64,000 bases of DNA from Myxococcota bacterium (GTDB lineage: Bacteria; Myxococcota_A; UBA796; CAJQPC01): contig JAZAMN010000059.1 of NCBI GenBank assembly GCA_036229005.1, positions 64,001 through 128,000 of the forward strand. The letters are read 5' to 3'. A model generated the notes under the pieces. The model did no database searches and had not been told where the DNA came from. It was given only the letters and a program-made list of their open reading frames with translations. Shown here piece after piece: positions 10,317 to 19,749 of the stretch. The translations under genes and the position numbers were made by a program. Each line of letters starts with the position of its first letter. The stretch's first letter is position 1.

Positions 10317-10826
10317 TCAGCTCTCCGCCAGGTACAGCTCCAGCGGCACAACACAGAAGCCCCACCGCGCCGCATCCCGCCAAGGAATCCGGTACACCGG
10401 CAGGCCGCCCTCGCCCGTGAGCGTGTCAAAGCTCAGCCCGCAGCTCGCCCGGCCCCGCTGCTTGCCGCAGCTCCGCACGCCGTCGGAGAGCTCGCCCTCG
10501 GGGACGGTGGACAGGGGCCTGCAGAGCTCGTCGGCCGGCACCTCGAAGAGGGTGACCTTGTAGTAGCGGCGCGCCCGCCAGCCCCCTCGCCTGCCCGACA
10601 TGCCCAGGGCCTGGAGCACCCGGGTCTGATCGGCGGCGTGGGCCTCGCTCCAGGCGCTGAGGTCCTCTGCCAGCACGACGGTGATCTCCTGGTTGTTGCG
10701 CGCGCTGCGGAGCACCGGACTCACCCAGGCCACCTGCACGGTGTCGTCGGGGACCGGCAGGGTGGGACACACCGCCCCCGAAGGCTCGGCGGCCCCCAGG
10801 GCGACAGCGCTGAGCAGCGCAAGCAT
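10317..10826 (-). CDS. Hypothetical exported protein
   Basis: MLALLSAVALGA signal peptide; TGATG overlap with nagZ; several Cys. Confidence 0.6.
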   Translation of the reverse strand: MLALLSAVALGAAEPSGAVCPTLPVPDDTVQVAWVSPVLRSARNNQEITVVLAEDLSAWSEAHAADQTRVLQALGMSGRRGGWRARRYYKVTLFEVPADELCRPLSTVPEGELSDGVRSCGKQRGRASCGLSFDTLTGEGGLPVYRIPWRDAARWGFCVVPLELYLAES

Positions 10827-11935
10827 CAACCCGCCCCCTCGGCCTGGATGCGCAGCAGCAGGTCGGTGTGGGCCTGGCTGGCGAGCACCTGGAGCTCCGG
10901 CGCGGGCGGGGCGTCCAGGAAGAAGCGCTCGCGCGTGGCCTCCAGCCGCCCGATGGCGTCCACCGCCAGGTCGTCGTGGGCCTTGTCCTCTTCCTGCAGG
11001 CGCACCAGCTCCTCGAAGCTCTCCCACTGCAGCTTGGGCTCCTTGCAGACCAGGAACAGGTCCACGCTGGCCTTGCAGGCCATGTCGAGCTGCTGCCGCA
11101 GGGGGTAGCGCCCGCGCACGGCCTTCATCTCCAGGTCGTCGCTCACGACCAAGCCCTGGTAGCCCAGCTCGGCCCGCAGGATGTCGTGCAGGATGCGCCG
11201 GCTCATGGTCGCCGGGACCTGCTCGTCCCAGGCCGGGTAGAGCACGTGAGCGGTCATGATGGTGGCCACCTGGGCCTGCACCGCCGCGCGGAAGGGCGCG
11301 AGCTCGACGTGCTCCAGGTCCGGGATCTCCTTCTCCACCGTCGGCAGGGTCAGGTGGGAGTCCGTGGCCGTGTCGCCGTGCCCGGGGAAGTGCTTGGCAC
11401 AGGCCAGCACCCCCGCCGCCTGGGTGGCCTGGATGTAGGCGGCCACCTGCTGGGCGACCTTCTGGGGATCCCGGTTGAAGCTCCGATCTCCGATGATCGG
11501 GTTCTTGGGGTTGGAGTCCACGTCGGCCACGGGCGCCCAGTTCAGGTTGAAGCCCATGGCCCGCACCTCGGCCGCCAACAGGCGCGCGAAGGCGGCCGTG
11601 ATCTCCAGCCGGTCGATGTTCCCCACGTGCCGCAGGGGGGGGAGGCGAGAGGCCCCGTCCTTGACCCGCTGGACCCTACCGCCCTCCTGATCGACGCTCA
11701 GGATGGGTGGAGTGCTGTCGTCCACCAGCGAGGACAGCTCGCGGTTCAGCTCCCGCACCTGGGCCGGCTCTTCGACGTTCCGGCTGAACAGGATGAAGCC
11801 CGCCGGCTGGATCTCCTTGATCAGCGCCGCGGTCTCCGCGTCCACGCTGGCCCCGGGGATCCCGATGAGCAGGCGCTGCCCGGCCCGGGCCTTGCGCTCG
11901 GCCAGGGTGGTCACGCTCCCGACGACGCGGCTCAC
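10826..11935 (-). CDS. nagZ: Beta-N-acetylhexosaminidase (GH3)
   Basis: SVDQEGGRVQR, APVADV, KHFPGHGDT..DSH, SDDLEM motifs. Confidence 0.92.
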   Translation of the reverse strand: MSRVVGSVTTLAERKARAGQRLLIGIPGASVDAETAALIKEIQPAGFILFSRNVEEPAQVRELNRELSSLVDDSTPPILSVDQEGGRVQRVKDGASRLPPLRHVGNIDRLEITAAFARLLAAEVRAMGFNLNWAPVADVDSNPKNPIIGDRSFNRDPQKVAQQVAAYIQATQAAGVLACAKHFPGHGDTATDSHLTLPTVEKEIPDLEHVELAPFRAAVQAQVATIMTAHVLYPAWDEQVPATMSRRILHDILRAELGYQGLVVSDDLEMKAVRGRYPLRQQLDMACKASVDLFLVCKEPKLQWESFEELVRLQEEDKAHDDLAVDAIGRLEATRERFFLDAPPAPELQVLASQAHTDLLLRIQAEGAG

Positions 11936-12342
11936 TTGTGCTCCGGGTGCTGGGCCAGCTCGATCAGCACGCCGCCGCAGCTCTTGGGGTGGATGAACAC
12001 GACCTGGGTCCCGTGTGCGCCCGGCTTGGGGGCGTCGCTCAGGAAGCGGTAGCCCTTGGCCCGCAGGCGCTCCATGTCCCCCACCACGTCGTTCGTGCGG
12101 AAGCAGATGTGGTGCATCCCCTCCCCCCGCTTGGCCAGACTCGCCGCGACCGGGCCCTTGCCGTCCATGGGGTGGATGAGCTCGATGCGCGTGCCCTCCA
12201 GCGGGAAGAAGGCCGTGCTGGTCTGCTCGGTGGGCACGTCTTCGCGGCCGCTCATGGGGATGCCGAAGTCCTGCGCGAAGCGCGCGATGGCGGCCTCGAT
12301 GTCGGCGACGGCGATGGCGATGTGGTCCAGTCCGGTGATCAA
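11932..12342 (-). CDS. mce: Methylmalonyl-CoA epimerase (VOC family)
   Basis: LDHIAIAV, GEGMHHICF, GAHG..VVFIHPKSCGGVLIEL. Confidence 0.9.
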   Translation of the reverse strand: MITGLDHIAIAVADIEAAIARFAQDFGIPMSGREDVPTEQTSTAFFPLEGTRIELIHPMDGKGPVAASLAKRGEGMHHICFRTNDVVGDMERLRAKGYRFLSDAPKPGAHGTQVVFIHPKSCGGVLIELAQHPEHK

Positions 12343-12361
12343 GCGCGGCTCCGGGTCAAAG

Positions 12362-12379
12362 GTCTTGTCATGACAAGAC
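12362..12379. promoter_or_regulatory. Perfect 18-bp palindrome GTCTTGTCATGACAAGAC, candidate operator
   Basis: Exact self-reverse-complement, 20 bp upstream of the mce start. Confidence 0.45.
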
Positions 12380-13098
12380 TAATGCACGGAGATCAGCCTG
12401 TGCAGCCTTTCTCTGCCCTCCCGCTCAAAGCCCGCGTCGCCGTGCCGCAGGCCCCAGGCCCAGGCCCCCGCGGCGTCCAGCAGGTCCAGGGTCCGCTGGG
12501 CCGCAACCGCCCCCTCCGAGCGCGGCCCATAGCCCTCCAGCAGCGCCGCCCGCTCAGGCACCCGGCACAGGTCCAGTCCCGGCGCGTCCGGCCCGCTGTG
12601 TTCGAAGTCCACCACAGCCAGGCGCTCCCCGTCCCACAGCCAGTTCCGCGGGTGGAAGTCCCGGTGGCACCAGCGCCGCTCCATCCCCCGCAACGTCTCG
12701 GGTTGGGCGGCCTCCAGCAGGCGCGCGCCGTGCTCTCCCGGGAGCCCCTCCGCGACCGCGCTCAGCCGGCGGGTGACCGCCTGGTCCAGAGGCAGGGGGT
12801 CCTCCGGGACCGGCAGCAGGGAGTGGAGGGCGGCGAGCCAGCGCCCGGCGGCCCGATGGGCCTGGACTGAGTGGCCCACCGCTCCGGGAAGGCGTTCGAG
12901 CAGCAGCCTGTCCTCGCTTGCGTCCAGCAGTCGAGGACAGTGGAATCCAGCCGCACGCATCCGGGGGGTGACCCCCGCATGGAACGCGAGCGCGCGCTTC
13001 CTCTTCCTCGGAGACTGGATCCGCTTCTCCACCAAGGCGCCGTGGGCCCAGGTGTTCGGCCCCAGAGGCTCGGCGTCGGCGGGGAGGAAGCGCAGCAT
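12379..13098 (-). CDS. Aminoglycoside phosphotransferase / choline kinase-like protein
   Basis: CHRDFHPRNWL and VVDFE (Brenner-type motifs). Confidence 0.8.
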   Translation of the reverse strand: MLRFLPADAEPLGPNTWAHGALVEKRIQSPRKRKRALAFHAGVTPRMRAAGFHCPRLLDASEDRLLLERLPGAVGHSVQAHRAAGRWLAALHSLLPVPEDPLPLDQAVTRRLSAVAEGLPGEHGARLLEAAQPETLRGMERRWCHRDFHPRNWLWDGERLAVVDFEHSGPDAPGLDLCRVPERAALLEGYGPRSEGAVAAQRTLDLLDAAGAWAWGLRHGDAGFEREGRERLHRLISVH

Positions 13099-13454
13099 TG
13101 GACGGCTTTAACCTTGGCTGCATGATCCGTAGGGTCAGTTGGCCGGACCAAGGAGCGCCCAGCTCCAAGGAGGCCACGGCCCTCCGCCAGAAGCGCGGAG
13201 GCCACCTGACCCCTTGGAGCCTGGAGCACCAATGATCCCCGCTGGAGCCTGACCGCAGCCTGGTCGCATCGCGCCTGCGCCCGCTGGATCGCTCCCCTCA
13301 AGGCTGAGGGGCGCGGCGATCCTGGGGGAGTCTGGGGCTGACCGCTCTCATTGCCCTGGTGGTGCCTCTGCGCCGCTGGGGGTCGCGGTGCGCACGCTGT
13401 CGGAATTGCTCCTGCTGTCTGGAGCCTCGTGACGTCTGCCTGGTCACATTCGCC

Positions 13455-14864
13455 GTGAGATTCGGCGCGCTCGATTCCCAGATTCAGCACGGGCTGGGCC
13501 GAGCTCTGCGTCGCCTGGACAAGGGGCACAGACAGCTCGCCACCGGCCTGCGCGTCGGGAAGGCCGCGGACGACGCCGCGGGGCTGGCGGTCGCAGAAGG
13601 CCTGCGTGCGGTCGTGCGCTCCAAGCGGGTCGCGCGCAGGAACATCCAGGACGGACTGAGCGCGCTCACCTTGGCGGACTCGGGCATGGCCGAGATCGGG
13701 GAGGCCCTGCACCGGCTCCGGGAGCTCGCGGTACAAGGGGCCAGCGACACCCTGGACAGCGAGCAGCGCCTGGCGCTCCAGTACGAGTCCGAAGAGCTGC
13801 TCACCCACATCAGCGCCATCGCGACGGGCACCACCTGGGAGGGCAAGCCGCTGCTGGCCCAGCGCCTGGTGGACGTGGGCTTGATCATCGACCTGTCCGC
13901 GTCCATGGGCGGCGAGCTCAACAAGGTCAAGCAGGAGATCGCCAACTTCAAGCAGACCTTCGCGACCGCCGGGCTCAACGTCTCGCTGGCGCTGTCGGTG
14001 ATGGGGGTGGACCGCACGGACGGGGTCAGTCGGCTCGTGGACCTGGGCGAGGCAGCGTTCGACCGGAAGCTCGAGGACCTGGCCACCATCGGCGGCTCGG
14101 CCATGGATCCCTACTCGGCGCTGCTGGAGACCTCGGGGGTGGCGGACACCCCGGGAGACGACGATCCCGACGCGCTGGGGTGGCATGAGATCGCCACGCA
14201 GAGGGTGCTGATCGTGGTCAGCGATACCGGTCGGGAGACCAGCTACACCGCGACCAACCAGACGGCCGTCGGCGACGCCCTGGCGGCCGAGGGGATCGAG
14301 GTCCACGCCATCACCCACCCGACTCGGGTCGGGGACTTCTCCACCATCACCGGCACGACCGGGGGCAGCACCTGGAACATCGGGCCACCCACGGGCTCCG
14401 GGATCGCAGGCGCCCTGTCAAGCATCGCGGCCAGCCTGACGGCGCTCCCCCCTGAAGACCCGCTGTCCGTGCAGGCCAGCCATGGCTCCGGCGACGAAGC
14501 GCGCATCGAGCTGGGCGTCCCAGCGAACGTGACCGCGCTGGCGCTGGGGATCGAAGACATGGATCTGACCGACGCGGCGGGCGCCCGGGACGCGCTGGAC
14601 GCGCTGGATGCCGCCCTGGACACGCTGAACTCCTCCCGCTCCAAGGTGGGCGCCAGCGAGAACCGGCTGATCGGAGCGCTCAACCTGGAGTCGCAGGCGG
14701 TCGAGGACCTGTCAGCCGCCGAGTCCCGCATCCGGGACGCGGACTTTGCCCACGCGGCGGCCGATGTGGCGAAGGCGGAGCTCCTGGCCCAGGCCGCGAC
14801 GGGGATCGCCGCCCAGCTCAGGCAGGCGGATGAAGAGGCGATTCGGGCGCTGTTGGCGGGGTAA
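13455..14864 (+). CDS. Flagellin-family protein with an inserted von Willebrand factor A domain
   Basis: Flagellin N-terminus (RQLATGLRVGKAADDAAGLAVA..NIQDG..LHRLRELAVQ) and C-terminus (RSKVGASENRL..LSAAESRIRDADFA); central VDVGLIIDLSASM..RVLIVVSDTG vWA; GTG start uncertain. Confidence 0.88.
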   Translation: MRFGALDSQIQHGLGRALRRLDKGHRQLATGLRVGKAADDAAGLAVAEGLRAVVRSKRVARRNIQDGLSALTLADSGMAEIGEALHRLRELAVQGASDTLDSEQRLALQYESEELLTHISAIATGTTWEGKPLLAQRLVDVGLIIDLSASMGGELNKVKQEIANFKQTFATAGLNVSLALSVMGVDRTDGVSRLVDLGEAAFDRKLEDLATIGGSAMDPYSALLETSGVADTPGDDDPDALGWHEIATQRVLIVVSDTGRETSYTATNQTAVGDALAAEGIEVHAITHPTRVGDFSTITGTTGGSTWNIGPPTGSGIAGALSSIAASLTALPPEDPLSVQASHGSGDEARIELGVPANVTALALGIEDMDLTDAAGARDALDALDAALDTLNSSRSKVGASENRLIGALNLESQAVEDLSAAESRIRDADFAHAAADVAKAELLAQAATGIAAQLRQADEEAIRALLAG

Positions 14865-14873
14865 CGGGCCCCA

Positions 14874-15140
14874 AATGCGCGCTCTTCGTGAGCTACGCCT
14901 GCTCTATGCGCGCTCTTCGGGAGCTACGCCTGCTCAATGCGCGCTTTTCGGGAGCTACGCCTGCTCAATGCGCGCTTTGAAGTTCCGAGACGCGCACTCA
15001 CCCCCCGTAGCTCCGCAAAGACGCGCACTCACCCCCCGTAGCTCCGAGAAGACGCGCACTCACCCCCCGTAGCTCCGAGAAGACGCGCACTCAGCCCCCG
15101 TAGCTCCGAGAAGACGCGCACTCAGCCCCCGTAGCTCCCG
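14874..15140. repeat. Two oppositely oriented tandem arrays of related 31-bp units
   Basis: ATGCGCGCTCTTCGGGAGCTACGCCTGCTCA-type units at 14875,14906,14937,(14968 partial); GACGCGCACTCACCCCCCGTAGCTCCGAGAA-type units at 14989,15020,15051,15082,15113. Confidence 0.92.
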
Positions 15141-15143
15141 GAA

Positions 15144-16058
15144 CTAGCGCTCCGGCGCGTCCCCCGTATCCCCCACCCGCCACGCCGCCGGCACAACGAA
15201 GGCCAGGTAGCACCACAGGATGGCCTCCGAGAATCCGCCCAGGTTCAGGAAGACCCAGATCCCCAGGTGCAGCCCCAGCCCGCCGATGATCATCGGCCAG
15301 CGCAGGCGCCGGAAGAAGATCAGCGGCCAGCCCAGCTCGAACACCAGGGTGCCGTAGGTGGCGGCGATGGAGAACCACTCCATGGCGCGGGTGGCCAGCA
15401 CGTCCTCCATCTGGAAGCGCCAGTAGACCTGGGCGCTCAGGGCGTGCCAGACGGCCTCGCCGGACTGCCAGCGCTCCTGCATGACCTTGATGAGCCCCGT
15501 CTTGACGTAGAGCACGGCGGCCTGGAGCTGGAACAGGCGCAGCGCCCACTTGGAGGGCAGCCCAGGATCCGCCTTCCCCCTGCGCACTCGCAGCCATGCG
15601 TCGAAGGACCAGCTCCGCCCCAGGGGCATGAAGAGCATGTAGAAGCCGAACACCCGCAGGATGGCGTCCGAGCCGTCCGACCAGACCGGGTTGCGGTTGG
15701 CCGCGCTCAGGATGATGAGCCAGGCCAGGGGGAAGGTCACCCGCGTGAAAACGCCCGCGCCGGCCAGGGCCACCATCAGCAGGCCCGTCCCAAAGATGAG
15801 CTGCACACCCTCCAGGCTGCCCACCTGCCAGAGCGGGTTCGCGTAGAGGTTCCAGCGCGCCGGGCTCCAGTTGTCCAGGCGGGCCTGCACGCTGTAGGTG
15901 CCCGCGTCGGTGAGCATCCAGTCCAGCTCGCTGAACATCGGGACGTAGCACCAGAGCGCCAGGAGGGCCCAGCCGATGCGCAGCAGGGCCATGCGGCGCG
16001 GGTCCGTGGGGCCGAACCACCAGCGCTCCCAGGCGCTCCAGGCGGACTTCAGGGACAC
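15144..16058 (-). CDS. HTTM-domain (vitamin K-dependent carboxylase-like / SdpB-like) membrane protein
   Basis: MALLRIG, RNPVWSDGSD, QLQAAVLYVKTGLIK..W.SGEA, FELG, HLGI pattern; multi-TM; GTG start inferred. Confidence 0.8.
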   Translation of the reverse strand: MSLKSAWSAWERWWFGPTDPRRMALLRIGWALLALWCYVPMFSELDWMLTDAGTYSVQARLDNWSPARWNLYANPLWQVGSLEGVQLIFGTGLLMVALAGAGVFTRVTFPLAWLIILSAANRNPVWSDGSDAILRVFGFYMLFMPLGRSWSFDAWLRVRRGKADPGLPSKWALRLFQLQAAVLYVKTGLIKVMQERWQSGEAVWHALSAQVYWRFQMEDVLATRAMEWFSIAATYGTLVFELGWPLIFFRRLRWPMIIGGLGLHLGIWVFLNLGGFSEAILWCYLAFVVPAAWRVGDTGDAPER

Positions 16059-16564
16059 GCCTGCTCCCAGACGACCGTGTCCTTGACGGGCATCTCCGGG
16101 GGTGGCTCCTTGGCCCACTGCTTGCGGCTGCGGTGCTTGACCGCCCGCTTGGTCAGACGCACACCGACCACGTCGTCCGGGGCATTGCGGCACAGCCAGT
16201 CCGCGTACTCCGGGGTGAACTGCTTGGGCTCCTTCTCGAAGGCCACGATGTTGTGGGTCTTGGTCATGCGGTCATAGCCCCAGCGCACGAACCAGCCTTC
16301 GGGCGCCGCGTTGCTGGGCATCAGCTCCACCGTCGAGCCGTCGGCCCGCAGCCCCTCGTGGATCAGCAGCTTGTCCCACTTGTTCGGCTTGCGGAACATG
16401 TTCCACTTCTGCCGCAGCCCCACCCGCGGCAGGGTCTTGGTGGCCAGCTCGTTCAGCCCCAGCGTGTGCTCGGGCCAGGGGCTCACATACGCGCAGACCA
16501 GCACGATGTGGAAGGTGAACAGCAGCGTGAGCGCGCCACGCAGGATGGGGTTTGAAGGCGGCAT
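16049..16564 (-). CDS. HTTM-partner protein (DUF5819/SdpA-like)
   Basis: N-terminal TM then GLRQKWNMF (QxWxMF motif); directly upstream of and overlapping the HTTM gene. Confidence 0.6.
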   Translation of the reverse strand: MPPSNPILRGALTLLFTFHIVLVCAYVSPWPEHTLGLNELATKTLPRVGLRQKWNMFRKPNKWDKLLIHEGLRADGSTVELMPSNAAPEGWFVRWGYDRMTKTHNIVAFEKEPKQFTPEYADWLCRNAPDDVVGVRLTKRAVKHRSRKQWAKEPPPEMPVKDTVVWEQACP

Positions 16565-16630
16565 CGAGCCCGCGAGGTAACACAACCCGGCCCCAGGCTG
16601 GGGCAGAATGGGGGCCACCCGGGAGCTGCG

Positions 16631-18103
16631 ATGATCGAGAAGCTGCGCGAGCTGGCGGCCCAGCATGACCTCGCCGACACCCACAGCGCCCAGGTGATGG
16701 CGGAGACCCGGGCCTGGGTGGTGGATCCAGGCATCGACGATCCCACCCTCACCGACCTCTCCCACCTCCCCTTCTGCACCATCGACGAGGTGGAGTCCAA
16801 GGACCTGGATCAGGCCCTCTACGTGGAGCAGACGGCGCAGGGCCTGGTGCTCTGGTACGCCATCGCGGACGCGGCCCACTTCGTGCCCCGGGGCTCGGCC
16901 ACCTTCGCCGAGGCGCTGCGGCGGGGCGCGACCTACTACCTCCCGGGCCTGGTCCTGCCGATGCTGCCGCGGGAGCTGAGCGAGGATCTGTGCAGCCTGA
17001 ACGCCGGGGTCCACCGCCGGGCATTGGTCTGGCGCATGCCTCTGAAGAACGACGGCTCCATCGGCGAGGTCACCCTGACGCGCGCCAGGATCCGCTCTCG
17101 GGCAAAGCTGGCGTATGACCACGTGGACCGCTGGCTCAAGCAGGGCACCTGGCCGGAGCTGGACGACGGGGTGCGCGCGAGCCTGGAGCGTCTGCCCGAG
17201 GCCGGCCGCCTGCGCATGCAGCACGCCCAGGAGCGGGACGTCGTGCGCTATCGGCGGCGCCAGTTGGCCTTCTCGCTGTCGCCGGGCGAGGGCATCGCGG
17301 TGTGGACGGACCTGCGCAACGACGTGGAGCGCTACAACGAGCAGCTCTCCCTGCTCTGCAACAGCACGGGCGCGGCGATGCTGATGGCCCGGCCCGACAT
17401 CGCGGGGATCTACCGGGTGCACCCCTCCCCGCCGGGCGACCGGGTGGAGGAGCTGCGGGCCCGCATCGCCGGCCTCTGCGCGCTCCGGGGCCTGAGCGGA
17501 CCCTACCTGTGGGAGGGGCAGAGCCTCGCAGACTATCTGGAGGGGCTGCCCCAGGGCCCTCTGGCCACCGCGATCCACCGCCAGGCAATGGTGGCGAACC
17601 GCGCCAGCACCTTCGCGCCCGAGCCAGCCCCCCACCACGGCGTGGGCGCGGAGGCCTACGGCCGCTTCTCTGCCCCCATGCGCGAGGTCGTCGGGGTCTA
17701 CCTCCACGCCGAACTGCTGGGCCTGGCGGCGCCCGACACCGCCCTCCGCGACCAGGTCATCGAGGCGAGCAACCAGGCCCGCCAGACCCAGAAGACCCTG
17801 GACAAGGCCGTGAACCTGATGGCCATCGACGCCCTGTTCCAGCGGGACGTGGACCAGGGCGCGCCCCCCAGACTGGGGACCGTGGTGGGCATCACGCGCT
17901 CGCGGGTGCACCTGCAGATGGACGACCCCGCCATCGAGCTCAAGGCCTACGCGCAGGACCTGAGCTGGGCGCTGGTCCCCCACGAGAGCGGGGCCGCCGC
18001 GATGGCGCCGGACGGGAGCGTCCGGCTGGCGCTTGGAGACCGGGCGCGCGCCCGCGTGCTCGGCAAGGAGGGGGAGCGCTGGCGCCTGGACATCGTCGAC
18101 TGA
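16631..18103 (+). CDS. RNB-domain ribonuclease (RNase II/R family)
   Basis: TIDEVESKDLDQAL, YAIAD, RRGATYYLPG..PMLP..LS, IYRVH, YGRFSAPMR. Confidence 0.88.
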   Translation: MIEKLRELAAQHDLADTHSAQVMAETRAWVVDPGIDDPTLTDLSHLPFCTIDEVESKDLDQALYVEQTAQGLVLWYAIADAAHFVPRGSATFAEALRRGATYYLPGLVLPMLPRELSEDLCSLNAGVHRRALVWRMPLKNDGSIGEVTLTRARIRSRAKLAYDHVDRWLKQGTWPELDDGVRASLERLPEAGRLRMQHAQERDVVRYRRRQLAFSLSPGEGIAVWTDLRNDVERYNEQLSLLCNSTGAAMLMARPDIAGIYRVHPSPPGDRVEELRARIAGLCALRGLSGPYLWEGQSLADYLEGLPQGPLATAIHRQAMVANRASTFAPEPAPHHGVGAEAYGRFSAPMREVVGVYLHAELLGLAAPDTALRDQVIEASNQARQTQKTLDKAVNLMAIDALFQRDVDQGAPPRLGTVVGITRSRVHLQMDDPAIELKAYAQDLSWALVPHESGAAAMAPDGSVRLALGDRARARVLGKEGERWRLDIVD

Positions 18104-18108
18104 GGCGC

Positions 18109-18140
18109 CGGGCTCAGGGGCTCAGGGCTCAGGGGCTCAG
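18109..18140. repeat. Short GGGCTCA(G) x4 tandem repeat
   Basis: gggctcag gggctca gggctcag gggctca between convergent genes. Confidence 0.6.
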
Positions 18141-19675
18141 GGCATCCACTCCGCGACCCAGCGGCGGGTCCCCGCGTCCCAGAGCTGCAGGGCGACCCAG
18201 GCGAGCATCGAGCCCAGCGCCCCGACCCGCATCCAGATGGGGACGTGCACGCCCGCGGGGTCGTAGCCAAGCCCCAGGCCCTCGCTCGCGAAGAAGGCCG
18301 CGACGACCATGACCAGCCCCAGGGCGAAGGCCCCGACCGCCCGCAGCCAGCCCCGCTCGCGCACCGCCTGGCTCCAGAAGCCCGGCCGCAGCAGCAGCGG
18401 GCCGGCCACCAGGAAGGCGACCGCGAAGGCCGGCCGCAGGGTCTCGGGGCCCAGCGCGACGCTGACCGGGGCGAGGGCCATGCCCTGGGCAGCGATGGGC
18501 AGCAGCGCGGCGGCGCCGAGTCCGCCCAGCGTCCCGGTGACCTCGCTTGCGTGCAGCAGCCCTGCCAGCAGGGCCGCGCCCACGAGTGGAGGGGTGAACC
18601 ACAGGGGCCCGGGGTCCTCCTCGAGCGCACCTCCCGCTCCCCCCAAGAGCGCGCTCAGCAGCAGCCCTTGGACCAGCAGGGCGCCCGCGGCCAGCATCGT
18701 GAGCTCCCAGCCCCACAGCCCCAGCCCGACGAACACCAACACCGGCGAGAGCGCCAGGCCACCGCTGCGCTGCCAGAAGCGCGCACCCACCGGGCCCACC
18801 CTCGCCCGCCCCCAGAGATCTCCCCGGGAGAATCCCCGCCCGGTCCCCGCCATCAGGGGGGCGCCGATGACGCTCAGCGTGGCCCCGAGCAGGGCCCAGG
18901 GCGCCAGGGTCAGCAGGACCTGGAGGGTGGACTTCCACTGCGGGACGTGCGCCAGCTCAGGCTCGTGTCCGTGACCATGTCCCACCCCCGCGAGCAGCAC
19001 TGCGGGCAGGGCGAGCCCAGCGATCGTGGCGCCCAGGTCCAGCCAGCGCTCGCCGGGAGTGGTGGGGAGATCGGCCAGCAGGTCGTGGCTGAGCAGGTTG
19101 ATCAGCATGCCGGCCAGCAGCGCGCCGACGTAGACCTCCAGGCCGCCGAGCGCCTCCAGGAGCCAGCCCCCCGCCCCGGCTCCGACCAGCGAAACCACCA
19201 GCAGGATGGCCGCCCGACTGAGCGCCGAGACCCGACCATCGTGGGCCGCATATCCCAGGACGACGGCCGCGATCAGAGGGGCTGTGTGGGCGGACAGCGC
19301 CAGAAGCACACCCCACCCCGACTCTCCGAGCTGCGCCGCCGCTGCGATCTGGGCACCTTCGAGGAGCTGGTGACCTGCCAGCGCCAGGAAGCCCAGGGTG
19401 ACCTGTGCGCCGTGGGCGTGCTTCTGTCCTTTGGGGGTGAACAGGCGCCCCACCACGGCCGGCAACGCGACGCCTGCGGCGACCAACCCCAGCGCGGGCA
19501 GCCCCAGCTCCTCCAGGGAGTGCGGCAGCAGGGCCCCCAGGACCACGACCAGCGCGGCCACGACGGCGAAGGTCCGCAGCGCCCCCAGCACCCGCTTGGG
19601 GATGGCGACGGGCAGCATCCCCAGCGCCGCACCCAGCAGCACCGGAACGCCAGCCATGATGAGGGCTGTGTTCAT
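18137..19675 (-). CDS. Multi-TM putative metal permease (ZIP-like N-half, His-rich linkers)
   Basis: Very hydrophobic; KHAHG, GHQLLEG, SAHTAP, HGHGHE; co-oriented with cutA. Confidence 0.55.
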   Translation of the reverse strand: MNTALIMAGVPVLLGAALGMLPVAIPKRVLGALRTFAVVAALVVVLGALLPHSLEELGLPALGLVAAGVALPAVVGRLFTPKGQKHAHGAQVTLGFLALAGHQLLEGAQIAAAAQLGESGWGVLLALSAHTAPLIAAVVLGYAAHDGRVSALSRAAILLVVSLVGAGAGGWLLEALGGLEVYVGALLAGMLINLLSHDLLADLPTTPGERWLDLGATIAGLALPAVLLAGVGHGHGHEPELAHVPQWKSTLQVLLTLAPWALLGATLSVIGAPLMAGTGRGFSRGDLWGRARVGPVGARFWQRSGGLALSPVLVFVGLGLWGWELTMLAAGALLVQGLLLSALLGGAGGALEEDPGPLWFTPPLVGAALLAGLLHASEVTGTLGGLGAAALLPIAAQGMALAPVSVALGPETLRPAFAVAFLVAGPLLLRPGFWSQAVRERGWLRAVGAFALGLVMVVAAFFASEGLGLGYDPAGVHVPIWMRVGALGSMLAWVALQLWDAGTRRWVAEWMP

Positions 19676-19749
19676 TCCGCCCAGCTATCCGGGGGCGGTG
19701 GTGTCCGCGACCTGGATGCGATTGCGATGGCATTGGAGGGGGAGGACGA

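Noticed and set aside
13100..13450. Riboswitch or sigma28 promoter upstream of the flagellin
   Set aside because: Only a short hairpin (CCCCTCA..TGAGGGG); no recognisable aptamer or TAAA-N15-GCCGATAA
14874..15140. CRISPR array
   Set aside because: Units are contiguous tandem repeats without unique spacers; no cas genes in the window
16780..16820. RNB active-site DLDQ instead of DxDD taken as inactivation
   Set aside because: DLDQA is, to my knowledge, a common natural variant in short RNB proteins; the key Asp is retained
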